Shown in pieces: positions 37,796-47,997 of a stretch of DNA of 64,000 bases; position 1 is the stretch's first letter, and each line of letters begins with the position of its first letter. Source of the stretch: an uncultured Bacteroidota bacterium (GTDB lineage Bacteria > Bacteroidota > Ignavibacteria > UBA10030 > UBA6906); the NCBI GenBank assembly GCA_963700635.1, contig CAVOYH010000001.1, positions 64,001 through 128,000 on the forward strand, given 5' to 3'. Made by a program: the position numbers and the translations under genes. The notes under the pieces were generated by a model. It did not search any database and was not told the origin of the DNA. It saw only the letters and a program-made list of their open reading frames with translations.

Positions 37796-39079
37796 ATGAA
37801 GACAAAACTCTCACTGTTCATGATGATCCAGATCTTTAACTCGGTTGCTGGAGCGCTCGCGACGATGGTGATACCGAGCGCCGAGCGCCTGATCCGGTTG
37901 GGCGTTTTCGGCGGCGACATGCTTATGGTGCTCCTTGCCTTGTCCGCGTTCTGGACCAGAAAGGATTTTTACGGCGTGCGCTATATGGCGCTGTTCATGC
38001 TCGTCTCCACGCTGACGTTTATTTATACCGCTGATCGCTTTGGATTTCCCGAACACCTGAACGGCCTTCGGGAAACGCTTTTTTTCTTCTCCTCGATCGT
38101 CGTCGCGCATGATCTGTATGAATCATACTTGCGTCCGCTCTTTGTGAAAGGGTTTACGATTTATCTTATTCTCTTCGCGATTCTCCAGACTCCCGTAGCA
38201 ATCGTGCAGTTTCTGAAATTCGGAGCCGGCGACCCGGTGGGGGGGACATACGGTACTGCGGGCGGGAGCGGCTATCTGTCCCAGTTGTTGTTTCTGATTT
38301 GCTTCTATCTGGTGGTCCGGTACGCTTCCCTGTCCGACGGCTCGAACTTCCGCATCATGCGTACCATGCTCGTGCTCCCCATTCTTATCCCCTGCGCACT
38401 GAATGAAACGAAGATCTCCTTCGTGCTTCTGGCCGGTTTTCTCGTCCTCCTGGTCACTTCACCCAGGAGGGTGTATCGCGCCATCCCCCTGATCCTGCTC
38501 GGGATTGGATTGATGTACACGCTCAACTATTTCTATACGGAAACGGTCACCGATACCACGACAACAGTATTCGATAAGGATTATATAGAAAAATATCTTC
38601 TTACGAATCCCACCGGAACCGGGGGCGATCTGCCCCGATTACAGCGGGTCGAAATCATGTTCCACATCATGAGGGATGACGTCGGATCATTCCTCCTGGG
38701 AATGGGATACGGCGTGCTCGGGGGTGGGAACATCATGAGCGTCTCCCGCCTCGGACGTTCCCTCTACTATCTTGTGACCGGTTCGCGTATTCTTTTCTTC
38801 CGGACCTGGATCCAGGGGGGGCTGCTCGCTACGCTTCTTGTTGCGGGGGTAATGTTTGCCTATCTGCGTTCCCGGGTAGAGAAATACTTCACCCTGCGGC
38901 AGTTCTCCTGGTTCCTCCTCTTCAGTCTGATCGTGGTTTGGGTATATGACGAGGCGGTGTTCGATCGCGTCTTCGCTCCAATCACGGCGTTTTTTATGAT
39001 GTGGATCCGTGCGGGAGGTCAGATGACCGAAGTTGATCCGACCCTGCTCCCCCTTGAGGAAGACGATGCCCATGCGTGA
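37796..39079 (+). CDS. Wzy/O-antigen ligase-like polytopic membrane protein
   Basis: About 11 TMs; GDPVGGTYG, NETKISF, LLGMGYG; located inside the glycan locus. Confidence 0.7.
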   Translation: MKTKLSLFMMIQIFNSVAGALATMVIPSAERLIRLGVFGGDMLMVLLALSAFWTRKDFYGVRYMALFMLVSTLTFIYTADRFGFPEHLNGLRETLFFFSSIVVAHDLYESYLRPLFVKGFTIYLILFAILQTPVAIVQFLKFGAGDPVGGTYGTAGGSGYLSQLLFLICFYLVVRYASLSDGSNFRIMRTMLVLPILIPCALNETKISFVLLAGFLVLLVTSPRRVYRAIPLILLGIGLMYTLNYFYTETVTDTTTTVFDKDYIEKYLLTNPTGTGGDLPRLQRVEIMFHIMRDDVGSFLLGMGYGVLGGGNIMSVSRLGRSLYYLVTGSRILFFRTWIQGGLLATLLVAGVMFAYLRSRVEKYFTLRQFSWFLLFSLIVVWVYDEAVFDRVFAPITAFFMMWIRAGGQMTEVDPTLLPLEEDDAHA

Positions 39080-40166
39080 GACGGACCACGCACACCTTCT
39101 GATTGTCAGCCAGGACCAATTCGGCTACCTCACGGACACCTTCCAATACAGCAAGCATCTCCGGGAGCACTTCCAGGTCACCTATGTGGGCTGGCAGTAC
39201 GACCTTCCAGAGATCACGCTTGACCGCGTTGAGTGTATCCACATCTCCCGCGAAGGTGGAAAAATTCGGAGATATCTTGTTTTTCTCATCCGCGCGATGC
39301 GCATCGTGCGCGAGCGGCCAATGGACGTCCTCATGGTGGAATATTTCCCGCTTTGTGCATTGCTGCCGCTCTTCGGCGGAAAACGTGCACATATGGTCCT
39401 GGACATCAGAACGGGCTATGTCCGAAACAGTAATACGATACGCGTGTTGGCAAATGCGCTGATGACGTTCGAGAGCCTCTTCTTCAAGCACGTGACGGTG
39501 ATTTCCGACAGTCTGCGCCGTTTTCTCTGGATCAGCAAAAAAAAAGCCCGCATTGTGCCGCTGGGCGCCGACGAATGTGAATTTCCAGTCAAGGAATTCG
39601 ACTCCCTCCGGCTTTTTTATGTGGGATCGCTGGATTATCGCCACATCGATGAGACGGTGAAGGGCCTGGACATGTTTCTCCGCCGTCATCCGGACGCCCC
39701 CATCGAATCCTATGATATTGTAGGATTTGGCTCGCAGCAGGAAGAAAAGAGGTTGAAGGAGGCAATCCGGGGAGCATCATTGTCACCACGGATCGTTTTT
39801 CACGGGCGTATACCGAACAGGGATTTGACGCCCTTTCTGGAACGGTGTAATGTCGGAGTTGCATTTATTCCAGCGAAAGCGCATTATCAATGTCAGCCTG
39901 CAACGAAGGTTTTCGAGTATCTCCTCGCAGGAATGGTGGTTATAGCTACGCACACGTATGAAAATGCACGGGTCATCACTGCCAAAAACGGAGTGTTGAG
40001 CGACGACTCGGCCGAAGGATTCTGTCAGGGGCTTGAGAAGTTACTTGAACGCCTCCGGACATACGATAGCTCCCGCATCCGTTCCGACATCGGCGGATAT
40101 GCCTGGCATCGGATTGTGGCAGAGAACTTGCTGCCTTTTTTGACCGTATTACTACGACAACCATGA
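39072..40166 (+). CDS. Glycosyltransferase, GT4-like
   Basis: FYVGSL, FHGRIP, PATKVFEYLLAG, GT-B C-terminus. Confidence 0.85.
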   Translation: MRETDHAHLLIVSQDQFGYLTDTFQYSKHLREHFQVTYVGWQYDLPEITLDRVECIHISREGGKIRRYLVFLIRAMRIVRERPMDVLMVEYFPLCALLPLFGGKRAHMVLDIRTGYVRNSNTIRVLANALMTFESLFFKHVTVISDSLRRFLWISKKKARIVPLGADECEFPVKEFDSLRLFYVGSLDYRHIDETVKGLDMFLRRHPDAPIESYDIVGFGSQQEEKRLKEAIRGASLSPRIVFHGRIPNRDLTPFLERCNVGVAFIPAKAHYQCQPATKVFEYLLAGMVVIATHTYENARVITAKNGVLSDDSAEGFCQGLEKLLERLRTYDSSRIRSDIGGYAWHRIVAENLLPFLTVLLRQP

Positions 40167-40176
40167 AGGAACCGGA

Positions 40177-41298
40177 ATGAGAATCCCCCCTGCTCGTATC
40201 CACTTTTCCGAGACAGATCGTGCAACCATCACCAAGGCAATTGATGAAGTCCTGTCGACAGGTCAGTTGACCCTCGGGAAATACGGCAAACAGCTTGAAG
40301 AAGAATTTGCCCGTTTTATCGGAACAAAACACGCTGTTGTGGTCAACAGCGGAACAAGTTCGATTCAGATTCCCATGCACGTCTATGACATTCGGGACAA
40401 AGAGGTCCTGATTCCGACCAACACGTTTTTTGCCACAGCACTCGGTGTTTTGCATGCCGGGGGCATTGTGAGATTTGTAGATTGTGATCCAGAGACGTTT
40501 TCGGTGGATATGGACAGCCTGCGGTCTCAGATCACAGAACGAACGGCTGGTGTGGTGGTAGTGCATATCGGCGGCATTGTCACACCCCACATGGCCGAAA
40601 TTCAGGAATTATGCACGAAACACAACCTTTTCCTCTTTGAGGATGCAGCACATGCCCACGGGAGCTCCTATGGGGGCCGCAATGCCGGAACGTTCGGTGA
40701 CTCCGCGTCATTTTCCTTCTATCCGACCAAAATCATTACCAGCGGTGAAGGGGGGATCATCGTCACAGACTCTGACAGGATGGATGAGGAATCGAGGCTT
40801 TACCGCGACCAGGGAAAGGCAACGTTTACTGCGAATATTCACAACAAGCTGGGGTACAACTGGCGCATGAGTGAGCCTCACGCCATCATCGGACTTCAGC
40901 ATTTCCGGCATCTTCCGGAGTTTATTGCGGAACGTAACCGTCTGGCCAGAGTTTATGACCGCGCGCTTCATGGGGTTCAGGGTGTGCAGGCACTCCGGCT
41001 CGCCAAGGGCAGCGTGTCGAACTACTATAAATACATCGCCATGCTGGATGAGCACATCGACCGGGCAAAACTCAAGAAAGTCCTTCGCGAAAAATTTGAT
41101 GTGGGTCTCAGCGGGGAGGTGTATGAACTTCCGGTGCACCTTCAGCCATACTTTGAAGGAAAATACAAACGGGGGGATCTCCCGAAGTCGGAATACCTCT
41201 GTGCACACCATATCTGTCTGCCGCTGTACGCGACGATGACGGATGCCGATGCGGAGTATGTCGTCGCAAGTCTGCGCGATGCTGTTGCTTTAGTCTGA
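40177..41298 (+). CDS. DegT/DnrJ/EryC1/StrS sugar aminotransferase
   Basis: VNSGT, EDAAHAHG, SFYPTKIITSGEGG, GYNWRM. Confidence 0.92.
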   Translation: MRIPPARIHFSETDRATITKAIDEVLSTGQLTLGKYGKQLEEEFARFIGTKHAVVVNSGTSSIQIPMHVYDIRDKEVLIPTNTFFATALGVLHAGGIVRFVDCDPETFSVDMDSLRSQITERTAGVVVVHIGGIVTPHMAEIQELCTKHNLFLFEDAAHAHGSSYGGRNAGTFGDSASFSFYPTKIITSGEGGIIVTDSDRMDEESRLYRDQGKATFTANIHNKLGYNWRMSEPHAIIGLQHFRHLPEFIAERNRLARVYDRALHGVQGVQALRLAKGSVSNYYKYIAMLDEHIDRAKLKKVLREKFDVGLSGEVYELPVHLQPYFEGKYKRGDLPKSEYLCAHHICLPLYATMTDADAEYVVASLRDAVALV

Positions 41299-41323
41299 CG
41301 TCGAAATTGAGGATAGGAATACT

Positions 41324-42244
41324 ATGAAGGTCATCATCACGGGTGGGTCGGGCTTTATAGGGTCGCATGTTGTTGATGAAGTGCTCGCTCTCGGGCACGA
41401 CGTCACCATTTATGATCTTGAAGCGCCCCATTACGGTCAGCCATGCTCCTATGTCAGGGGTGATACACGGGATATTGACCGGCTGGCCGCGACCGCGCGC
41501 GGGGCAGAGATTATCTACAATATTGCCGCCGAGGCAAACGTCAACAGATTCTTCGAAAGCCCTCTATATTCGAATGATATTACGGCTCAGGCAACGTTGT
41601 GCGTCCTCGAGGCGGCCCGGCGTGCGGGGAACGCGCGCGTGATCCTGGCCTCCACCGAGTGGATCTACGGATCGCTGGCAGCTGCAGGGGATGAACAGAT
41701 CACGGAAGATACTCCCTACGCACAGAATCCGGATCATCTCTACACCTCCTCCAAGATAGCGGCCGAGCTCTTCTGCAAGAACTACCATCGCCTGTACGCG
41801 GTGCCGTACACGATCATGCGTTTCGGCATTCCGTTCGGGGAGCGTGCGCGCCCTGAAACGGTGACGCCGATCTTCATACGGAAACTGTTACAGAACGAAA
41901 CGATCACGATTCATGGTGATGGGAGTCAGACGCGGCAATTTATCTATGTCCGGGATCTTGCCCGCGGAAACGCAGCCTGCATTCAACCGGCGGCGACCAA
42001 CGAGATTTTCAACATCAACGGGCGGGAACAGATCAGCGTAGTGCAAATTGTCCGGACGCTGGAAAGTATTCTCGGCAAAAAAGGACAGATTACGTTTGTG
42101 GACGACCGGATGGGGAATTTTAAGGGCCGGTTTATCTCATCGGAAAAAGCAAAACGCCTGCTCGGCTGGGAAACCCGGCTCGGGTATCGGGAAGCAATGG
42201 AACACTATGTCGAGTGGTACCTGAAGAATATGGTAAAGGGATAA
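41324..42244 (+). CDS. NAD-dependent epimerase/dehydratase
   Basis: TGGSGFIG, YTSSK (YxxxK), GDGSQTRQFIYV. Confidence 0.92.
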   Translation: MKVIITGGSGFIGSHVVDEVLALGHDVTIYDLEAPHYGQPCSYVRGDTRDIDRLAATARGAEIIYNIAAEANVNRFFESPLYSNDITAQATLCVLEAARRAGNARVILASTEWIYGSLAAAGDEQITEDTPYAQNPDHLYTSSKIAAELFCKNYHRLYAVPYTIMRFGIPFGERARPETVTPIFIRKLLQNETITIHGDGSQTRQFIYVRDLARGNAACIQPAATNEIFNINGREQISVVQIVRTLESILGKKGQITFVDDRMGNFKGRFISSEKAKRLLGWETRLGYREAMEHYVEWYLKNMVKG

Positions 42245-42247
42245 AGT

Positions 42248-43624
42248 ATGACGCACGCATTGCCGCTTGTTGAACGCCACATGTCGATCAGGGAGGCTAT
42301 TCAGAAGATCGAACACACTCCATTTACGGTCGGATTCCTCATTAATGAACAGGACGTCTATCTGGGCGGTATATTCCTGAGTGATTTACGCCGGCTGCTC
42401 ATAAGCGGTGTAAACGCAGAAGCAGAGGTGGGAGCATATCCGGTAAAGTACACGTACCGGCTGGAAGAGTCTGCGAAGAACGACCGCACGCGGATCGATG
42501 CCTTGCTTGCGGACCTCCGTCTGCATGGGGTAACGTATGTCCCCGTCGTGTCATCTATCGGAGAAATTCAGGAGATCCTTTCCGCGGAGGATCTGACGTC
42601 CGCCCGGCCGTCGGCTCCACCGAAGTCACAGGGTGACAGCGATAAGCGTGTTCTGGTCGTTGGGGGCGCCGGATACCTGGGGAGCATCCTGAGCAGAAAA
42701 CTCCTGGCACGTGGCTACCGCGTTCGCGTGCTGGATAGTTTTATCTATGGCCGGAAATCGGTAGAAGAGCTGATCGGAAACGACCGGTGTGATATTGTGG
42801 AAGGTGATCTCCGCAACATTCACACGTGTGTAAGTGCGCTGGAAGGCGTCAACGCCGTGATCCTGCTGGCGGCAATCGTCGGCGACCCTGCCTCCAAAGT
42901 AAGGCCGACGGAAACAATTGAAACGAATGTGCTCGCCGCACAGGCCCTTGCATCCGCGGCGAAGCTCCAGCATATCAGCCGCTTCGTGTATGCGTCCACC
43001 TGCAGCGTGTACGGCGTCGGCACCGATCTGCTCGATGAGCAGGCATCCCTCAATCCGGTTTCACTTTATGCACGGACGAAGATTGCCTCGGAGGAGATCA
43101 TCCTGAAGATGGGGGATACGTATTTTGCGCCCACCATTCTCCGGATGGGTACGCTGTACGGGTATTCACCCCGGATGCGGTTTGACCTGGTCGTGAATAC
43201 GATGTCCATGAAGTCTTTTACGGACGGGAAAATCCTGGTCTACGGCGGAAAACAGTTTCGGCCATTATTGCATGTCAAAGATGCCGCCGATGTGTACGTG
43301 CGATGCGTTGAAACTGATCTCAAGAACGTCGGAAATCAGATCTTCAACGTCGGATCGAACGAACAAAACTACCAGATCGACGAAATTGCAGAACGGATCT
43401 CGGGGACGCTGGGGGGGATACCGATCCAGCGGGATAATACCAGCCTCGACGCCCGGGATTACCGCGTCTCTTTCGCGAAGGTCCGTGACACGCTGGGGTT
43501 TTCTCCGCAGGCGACTGTGGAAGAGGCCGCGCAGACCATTTTCGGCAGCCTTAAGGACGGGACGATCCGGAATCCCGCCCAGCGAATCTACTACAACCAC
43601 TATTTTGACGCGACGGAGGATTAG
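42248..43624 (+). CDS. NAD-dependent epimerase/dehydratase with N-terminal CBS-like pair
   Basis: N-terminal SIREAIQKI...LGGIFLSDLRRLL...VPVV (CBS-like); VGGAGYLG; YARTK; RMRFDLVVN; RPLLHVKD. Confidence 0.85.
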   Translation: MTHALPLVERHMSIREAIQKIEHTPFTVGFLINEQDVYLGGIFLSDLRRLLISGVNAEAEVGAYPVKYTYRLEESAKNDRTRIDALLADLRLHGVTYVPVVSSIGEIQEILSAEDLTSARPSAPPKSQGDSDKRVLVVGGAGYLGSILSRKLLARGYRVRVLDSFIYGRKSVEELIGNDRCDIVEGDLRNIHTCVSALEGVNAVILLAAIVGDPASKVRPTETIETNVLAAQALASAAKLQHISRFVYASTCSVYGVGTDLLDEQASLNPVSLYARTKIASEEIILKMGDTYFAPTILRMGTLYGYSPRMRFDLVVNTMSMKSFTDGKILVYGGKQFRPLLHVKDAADVYVRCVETDLKNVGNQIFNVGSNEQNYQIDEIAERISGTLGGIPIQRDNTSLDARDYRVSFAKVRDTLGFSPQATVEEAAQTIFGSLKDGTIRNPAQRIYYNHYFDATED

Positions 43625-43656
43625 CTGGGCCACCATCCACGACAACGGAATACACC

Positions 43657-44325
43657 ATGGCTCCCCTGATTCCCGCAGGCGTGCGTAATACCGCTCGTGA
43701 CGTCCGGCGCGTGCTCCGGCTGAGTCCGATGTATGCGGTTCTCAGGGAAATGCGCCGCCGCGGGGTGATGATTGACAGCTGTGATGTGCTGGAATGTTTT
43801 GCCTTCACGGGCGGGATGCACACCCTTGACTATGCGCGCAGCGTGCGGGGCCTTGAGCTCTGGGAAATCAACCCGGTGCATGAACCAATCCTCCGGAAAC
43901 GTTTCCCGGGCGCAGAGGTCCGGATTGTGGACACGTATGAAGAGGTGGCGCGCCGTGATCGCCGGTTTGATATGATTGTGATTGACAATTCGCCGGTACA
44001 TGGATCACACGTCGAACATTTTGATTTGTTTCCGGCTATGTTCCGTCTGATGCAGGATTCGTGTGTTGTGGTGCTGGACGTTATGCCGAACCTTCACGCC
44101 GGCGTGCGCCGGAGATACCCGGAATTCTTCTCTGAGAGTGTCCTGCGTACCCGTGCAGAATTCTATGGCGTGACTGACCCATACACGATCCCGGAGGCGG
44201 CACTCGTTGCCCCCTATGAAGCATGTGCCAGGCGCCAGGGATATGACGTCACCTGGTATTTTCTCCAGAAACGAAATCCAATTATCACCTATCTCGTGTT
44301 GTATGTTCAGCGGGGGCGCCGATGA
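43657..44325 (+). CDS. Putative class I SAM-dependent methyltransferase-like protein
   Basis: DVLECFAFTGG, LWEINP and RFDMIVIDN resemble motifs I, II and IV; divergent. Confidence 0.55.
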   Translation: MAPLIPAGVRNTARDVRRVLRLSPMYAVLREMRRRGVMIDSCDVLECFAFTGGMHTLDYARSVRGLELWEINPVHEPILRKRFPGAEVRIVDTYEEVARRDRRFDMIVIDNSPVHGSHVEHFDLFPAMFRLMQDSCVVVLDVMPNLHAGVRRRYPEFFSESVLRTRAEFYGVTDPYTIPEAALVAPYEACARRQGYDVTWYFLQKRNPIITYLVLYVQRGRR

Positions 44326-44381
44326 TGGGTATTCCGAGGTCACCGTTGCCTGACGATGTCAGGAACACTCCAGAGTAAGGC

Positions 44382-45515
44382 ATGCGAATACTGTTCCTGG
44401 TATCGTGCGTTACCGATCATGATGAGAAATTTGTGCGCAGCCTTTCGGCTGGCGGGCATGAGACCCGCATTTTTTCGTTTCATGCCCGTCGCGTGGCTGA
44501 CCATCTGGCATCTCTGCCCCATATTTCCGTGGAGGCCGTGCCCCTGCGCGTGGTGCCGCGGTTGCAGCGCTTACTTCCGCTTCACCTGCTTCCACGGTTA
44601 CGGTCGTGCATCAGAGAATTTCGCCCCGATGTGATCCATGCGGGCAATACATGGAATGAATCTTTCCTGGGCGCGCTCTCGGGATTTCATCCGCTTCTTG
44701 TGATGCCGTATGGTTCCGACGTTCTTCTGGATACGCAGCGGCATCCCTGGTTTGCCTTCGCGAACCGGAAAGTGTTCCGGTCGGCAGATTGGGTCACCTG
44801 CGACGCCGAACACGTGAAAAGAAAATTGATACACGACTTCGCCTATCCCGCCGATCGGATTACGGTTATACCCTGGGGTATCGATGTCGATGCGATCGCA
44901 CTCCGGAAAGGCGGCACCCGTGATGGGGTACGCGCAGGACTCGGGTGGCAGAAAGAGTTCGTCGTGATTATGACCCGCAACCACGAACCGGTGTACGGGA
45001 TTGATATGTTCATCCGGGCGATGGCGCAGGTCGTTTCTCAGCATCCGGGAGTACGGGTGATGATGATCGGCGGCGGGTCGCTGACGGAATCACTTCAGGC
45101 GCAGGCGCGGGCCGCCGGCATTTCCGGAGCGTTCCGGTGGACCGGAAAAATCCAGCGGGAGAAACTTCTCGAGTATCTCCACGCTGCGGACCTCTATGTT
45201 TCCACCTCACTAAGTGATGGCACCTCTGTATCACTTCTGGAGGCCATGGCAAGCGGACTCTCGACAGTCCTGACCGATGTCCCGTCAAACCTCGAGTGGA
45301 TCACGAGTGGCGAGAACGGAGAGATCGTTCCACGCGGTGATCATGATGCCCTGGCGCGGGCCATTCTCACGCTGGCCTCTTCGCCGGAGAAGAACACCGC
45401 CTACGGCAGGCGTAACCTGGCCATCGTGCGTGAACGGGGAGATTGGGCGGGGAATTTTCGCGATATCGAAACAATCTATTCAACTCTCAGCAGCCAGACG
45501 AGGCAACCCTCGTGA
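44382..45515 (+). CDS. Glycosyltransferase family 4
   Basis: RPDVIHA, YGSDV, PWGID, SLSDGTSVSLLEAMASG. Confidence 0.9.
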   Translation: MRILFLVSCVTDHDEKFVRSLSAGGHETRIFSFHARRVADHLASLPHISVEAVPLRVVPRLQRLLPLHLLPRLRSCIREFRPDVIHAGNTWNESFLGALSGFHPLLVMPYGSDVLLDTQRHPWFAFANRKVFRSADWVTCDAEHVKRKLIHDFAYPADRITVIPWGIDVDAIALRKGGTRDGVRAGLGWQKEFVVIMTRNHEPVYGIDMFIRAMAQVVSQHPGVRVMMIGGGSLTESLQAQARAAGISGAFRWTGKIQREKLLEYLHAADLYVSTSLSDGTSVSLLEAMASGLSTVLTDVPSNLEWITSGENGEIVPRGDHDALARAILTLASSPEKNTAYGRRNLAIVRERGDWAGNFRDIETIYSTLSSQTRQPS

Positions 45516-46693
45516 CGTATGTGCAGACACCGTACTGGAGTTCCCTTCAACGCCTGGATGCATGGCTTGTGCGAAATGACTACAAGGGGTACGACCCTTT
45601 TGACGGGCTATCATCATACCTGCGGCCGTTAACACTCTACAAAAAATTTCCCCAGCAGGTTCTTCAACAAGCCGTCCGCAGGAATCCCTGGAATCTTCGC
45701 CCTTTGCTGGGCATCAAACCCCACGTCAGCACGAAGGGGATGGGCTTCCTCGTGGGAGGGTACCTGCAGTTGTATCTCCTTACCCGCGAAGAACGGTTTC
45801 TTGAAAGGACCAGATGGGCGCTGGACTGGTTGATGAAGAACAATTCCAGGGGGTATTCAGGGTACTGCTGGGGAAACGCGTTTGACTATATCTCGCGTGG
45901 CTCCAATATCCCGAAATTCGCCCCGACCGTCGTGTGGAGCGGACTGATCGGGCATGAGTTTATCGAGGCCTATCGGGCCCTTAAGGACGAGCGTTATCTT
46001 GACGTCGCGCGAAGCATCGGCGAACACATTCTGAAAGATCTTCCCCGGTTCGCCGTCCCGAACGGGACATGTATCAGTTATGTCACGGATGACAAACTGG
46101 CCGTCCACAATGCCAACCTGATCGGCGCTCGTATGCTTGCAGAACTTTTTAAGGAGACCGGGGATTCCGCGCTGCGCGATGTCGCTACGGAGGCTGTGCG
46201 CTACAGCGCCCGTGCCCAGCTCGAGAACGGGGCCTGGTATTATGGCGAAGATCCGATGTATCACTGGATTGACAACTGGCACACGGCCTACAATCTTGAT
46301 GCGATTCTCGGCTACCAGCTTAACACGGGAAACACAGAATTCCAACCGGTGCTTGACAAAGGACTCCAGTTCTATGTGACGCACTTCTTCACCGATGAGG
46401 GAGGACCGAAATACTACTGGAACCGTGTGTACAAATATGATATCCAGAGCGCATCACAGAGTATTGATACGCTGACGCTGTTCAGCCGGGAATGGGGGAG
46501 GCCCGACTTGCTAGCCCTCGCCGAACGGGTGGCCACATGGACGATTCAGAACATGCAGGACCCGGAGGGATATTTCTACCTGTGGAAAAATCGCTGGATC
46601 ACCAATACCACGCCGACATTCCACTGGGGAGCAGCAACCATGTTCCACGCACTTGCACACCTACTACGAGAGAGGACATCCCGTGAACATTAG
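45512..46693 (+). CDS. Conserved hypothetical protein, probable (alpha/alpha) toroid fold, typical of glycan loci
   Basis: GYDPFDGL, CWGNAFD, VHNANL, QLENGAWYYG, WIDNWHTAY, MQDPEGYFY; GTGA overlap with the upstream GT. Confidence 0.7.
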   Translation: MTYVQTPYWSSLQRLDAWLVRNDYKGYDPFDGLSSYLRPLTLYKKFPQQVLQQAVRRNPWNLRPLLGIKPHVSTKGMGFLVGGYLQLYLLTREERFLERTRWALDWLMKNNSRGYSGYCWGNAFDYISRGSNIPKFAPTVVWSGLIGHEFIEAYRALKDERYLDVARSIGEHILKDLPRFAVPNGTCISYVTDDKLAVHNANLIGARMLAELFKETGDSALRDVATEAVRYSARAQLENGAWYYGEDPMYHWIDNWHTAYNLDAILGYQLNTGNTEFQPVLDKGLQFYVTHFFTDEGGPKYYWNRVYKYDIQSASQSIDTLTLFSREWGRPDLLALAERVATWTIQNMQDPEGYFYLWKNRWITNTTPTFHWGAATMFHALAHLLRERTSREH

Positions 46694-47997
46694 CATTTTT
46701 GGTCTGGGTTATGTCGGGACGGTGTCCGCTGTCTGCCTCGCAAAACAGGGACACAAAGTGATCGGTGTTGACGCAAATCCGGTCAAAGTCGAACTGATCA
46801 ACCAGGGAACAACGCCCATTGTAGAACCCGGCGTTGATAGTCTCCTGCAGCAGGCGTTACACGAGCGGCGCCTCTCCGCGACAACCAACCTCACCGAAGC
46901 CGTCCAGCAGACGGATATCAGCTTAATTTGTGTCGGCACACCGAGCAGCGCGAACGGCAGCCTGAGCCTCGACCAGGTCATGCGTGTCGCCGAGCAGACG
47001 GGACAGGCCATTCGCCTGAAATCATCCTATCATGGAATCGTCATCCGGAGTACGGTACTTGCCTGGCACTGTGGACAAAGTTGCAGCACTCGTTGCCCGC
47101 GAATCAGGCAAACAAATGGGGAAAGACTTCGGAGTGGCGGATAATCCCGAGTTTCTTCGCGAAGGAACCTCTGTCTTTGATTTTGAAAATCCGCCGTACA
47201 CGGTGGTCGGTGGATCGGATGACACAATCGTCGGCATGCTCCGGGAGATGTATGCAGGTGTCAAGGCGCCGTTCCACTCTGTCCGGATCCGGGAAGCGGA
47301 AATCCTCAAGTATGCCTGCAATGCCTTTCATGCGGTCAAGGTCACGTTTGCCAATGAAATCGGGACCATCAGCAAGAAGCTGGGTATCGACAGCCATGTT
47401 GTCATGGACATGTTTGTGCAGGACACAAAACTGAATATCTCCCCCTATTACCTCAAGCCGGGCTTTGCGTTTGGAGGATCGTGTCTGCCGAAGGATGTTC
47501 GTGCGATCACCTATGAATCGCGCCGGCTGGACATCGCCACCCCACTGTTGAACTCTCTGATGCCGAGCAATCAGGCGCAGGTGCAACGCGTTATTGATTG
47601 GGTCGTGGCGACAAAACGGAAACGTATAGGCGTCCTTGGGCTGAGCTTCAAGCAGGATACGGACGATTTGCGGGAAAGCCCCATCGTGGACGTTGTGGAG
47701 GCCCTGATCGGCAAAGGCTTTGACCTTTCGATTTTTGACGCGAATGTCAATCTTGCCCGGCTGATAGGAGCCAACAAGAGCTATATTGAACAGGAAATTC
47801 CGCACGTTTCCTCGCTCATGAAGCAGAGCATGCAGGAAGTGCTGGACCATGCCGAAGTCATCCTCGTGGCAAATAAAGGCGCGGAGTTCAAAGATGTCGT
47901 ACGCATGGCAAAACCCGGACAGATGATCTATGATCTGGTCCGTATCACTGATGACGGAAAGACGATGCATGGACATTACGAAGGAATTTGCTGGTAA
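46683..47997 (+). pseudogene. algD: GDP-mannose/UDP-glucose 6-dehydrogenase (AlgD-like), interrupted by a +1 frameshift near 47061
   Basis: NISIFGLGYVG...ICVGTP...IRSTVL continues in another frame as PGTV...NPEFLREG...GFAFGGSCLPKD; sequence gta ctt g cct ggc. May be a sequencing error. Confidence 0.85.

Noticed and set aside
37488-37799. 103-aa + strand ORF in the gap after the SLBB gene
   Set aside because: Pro/Ser/Arg-rich, no SD and no motifs; treated as non-coding.
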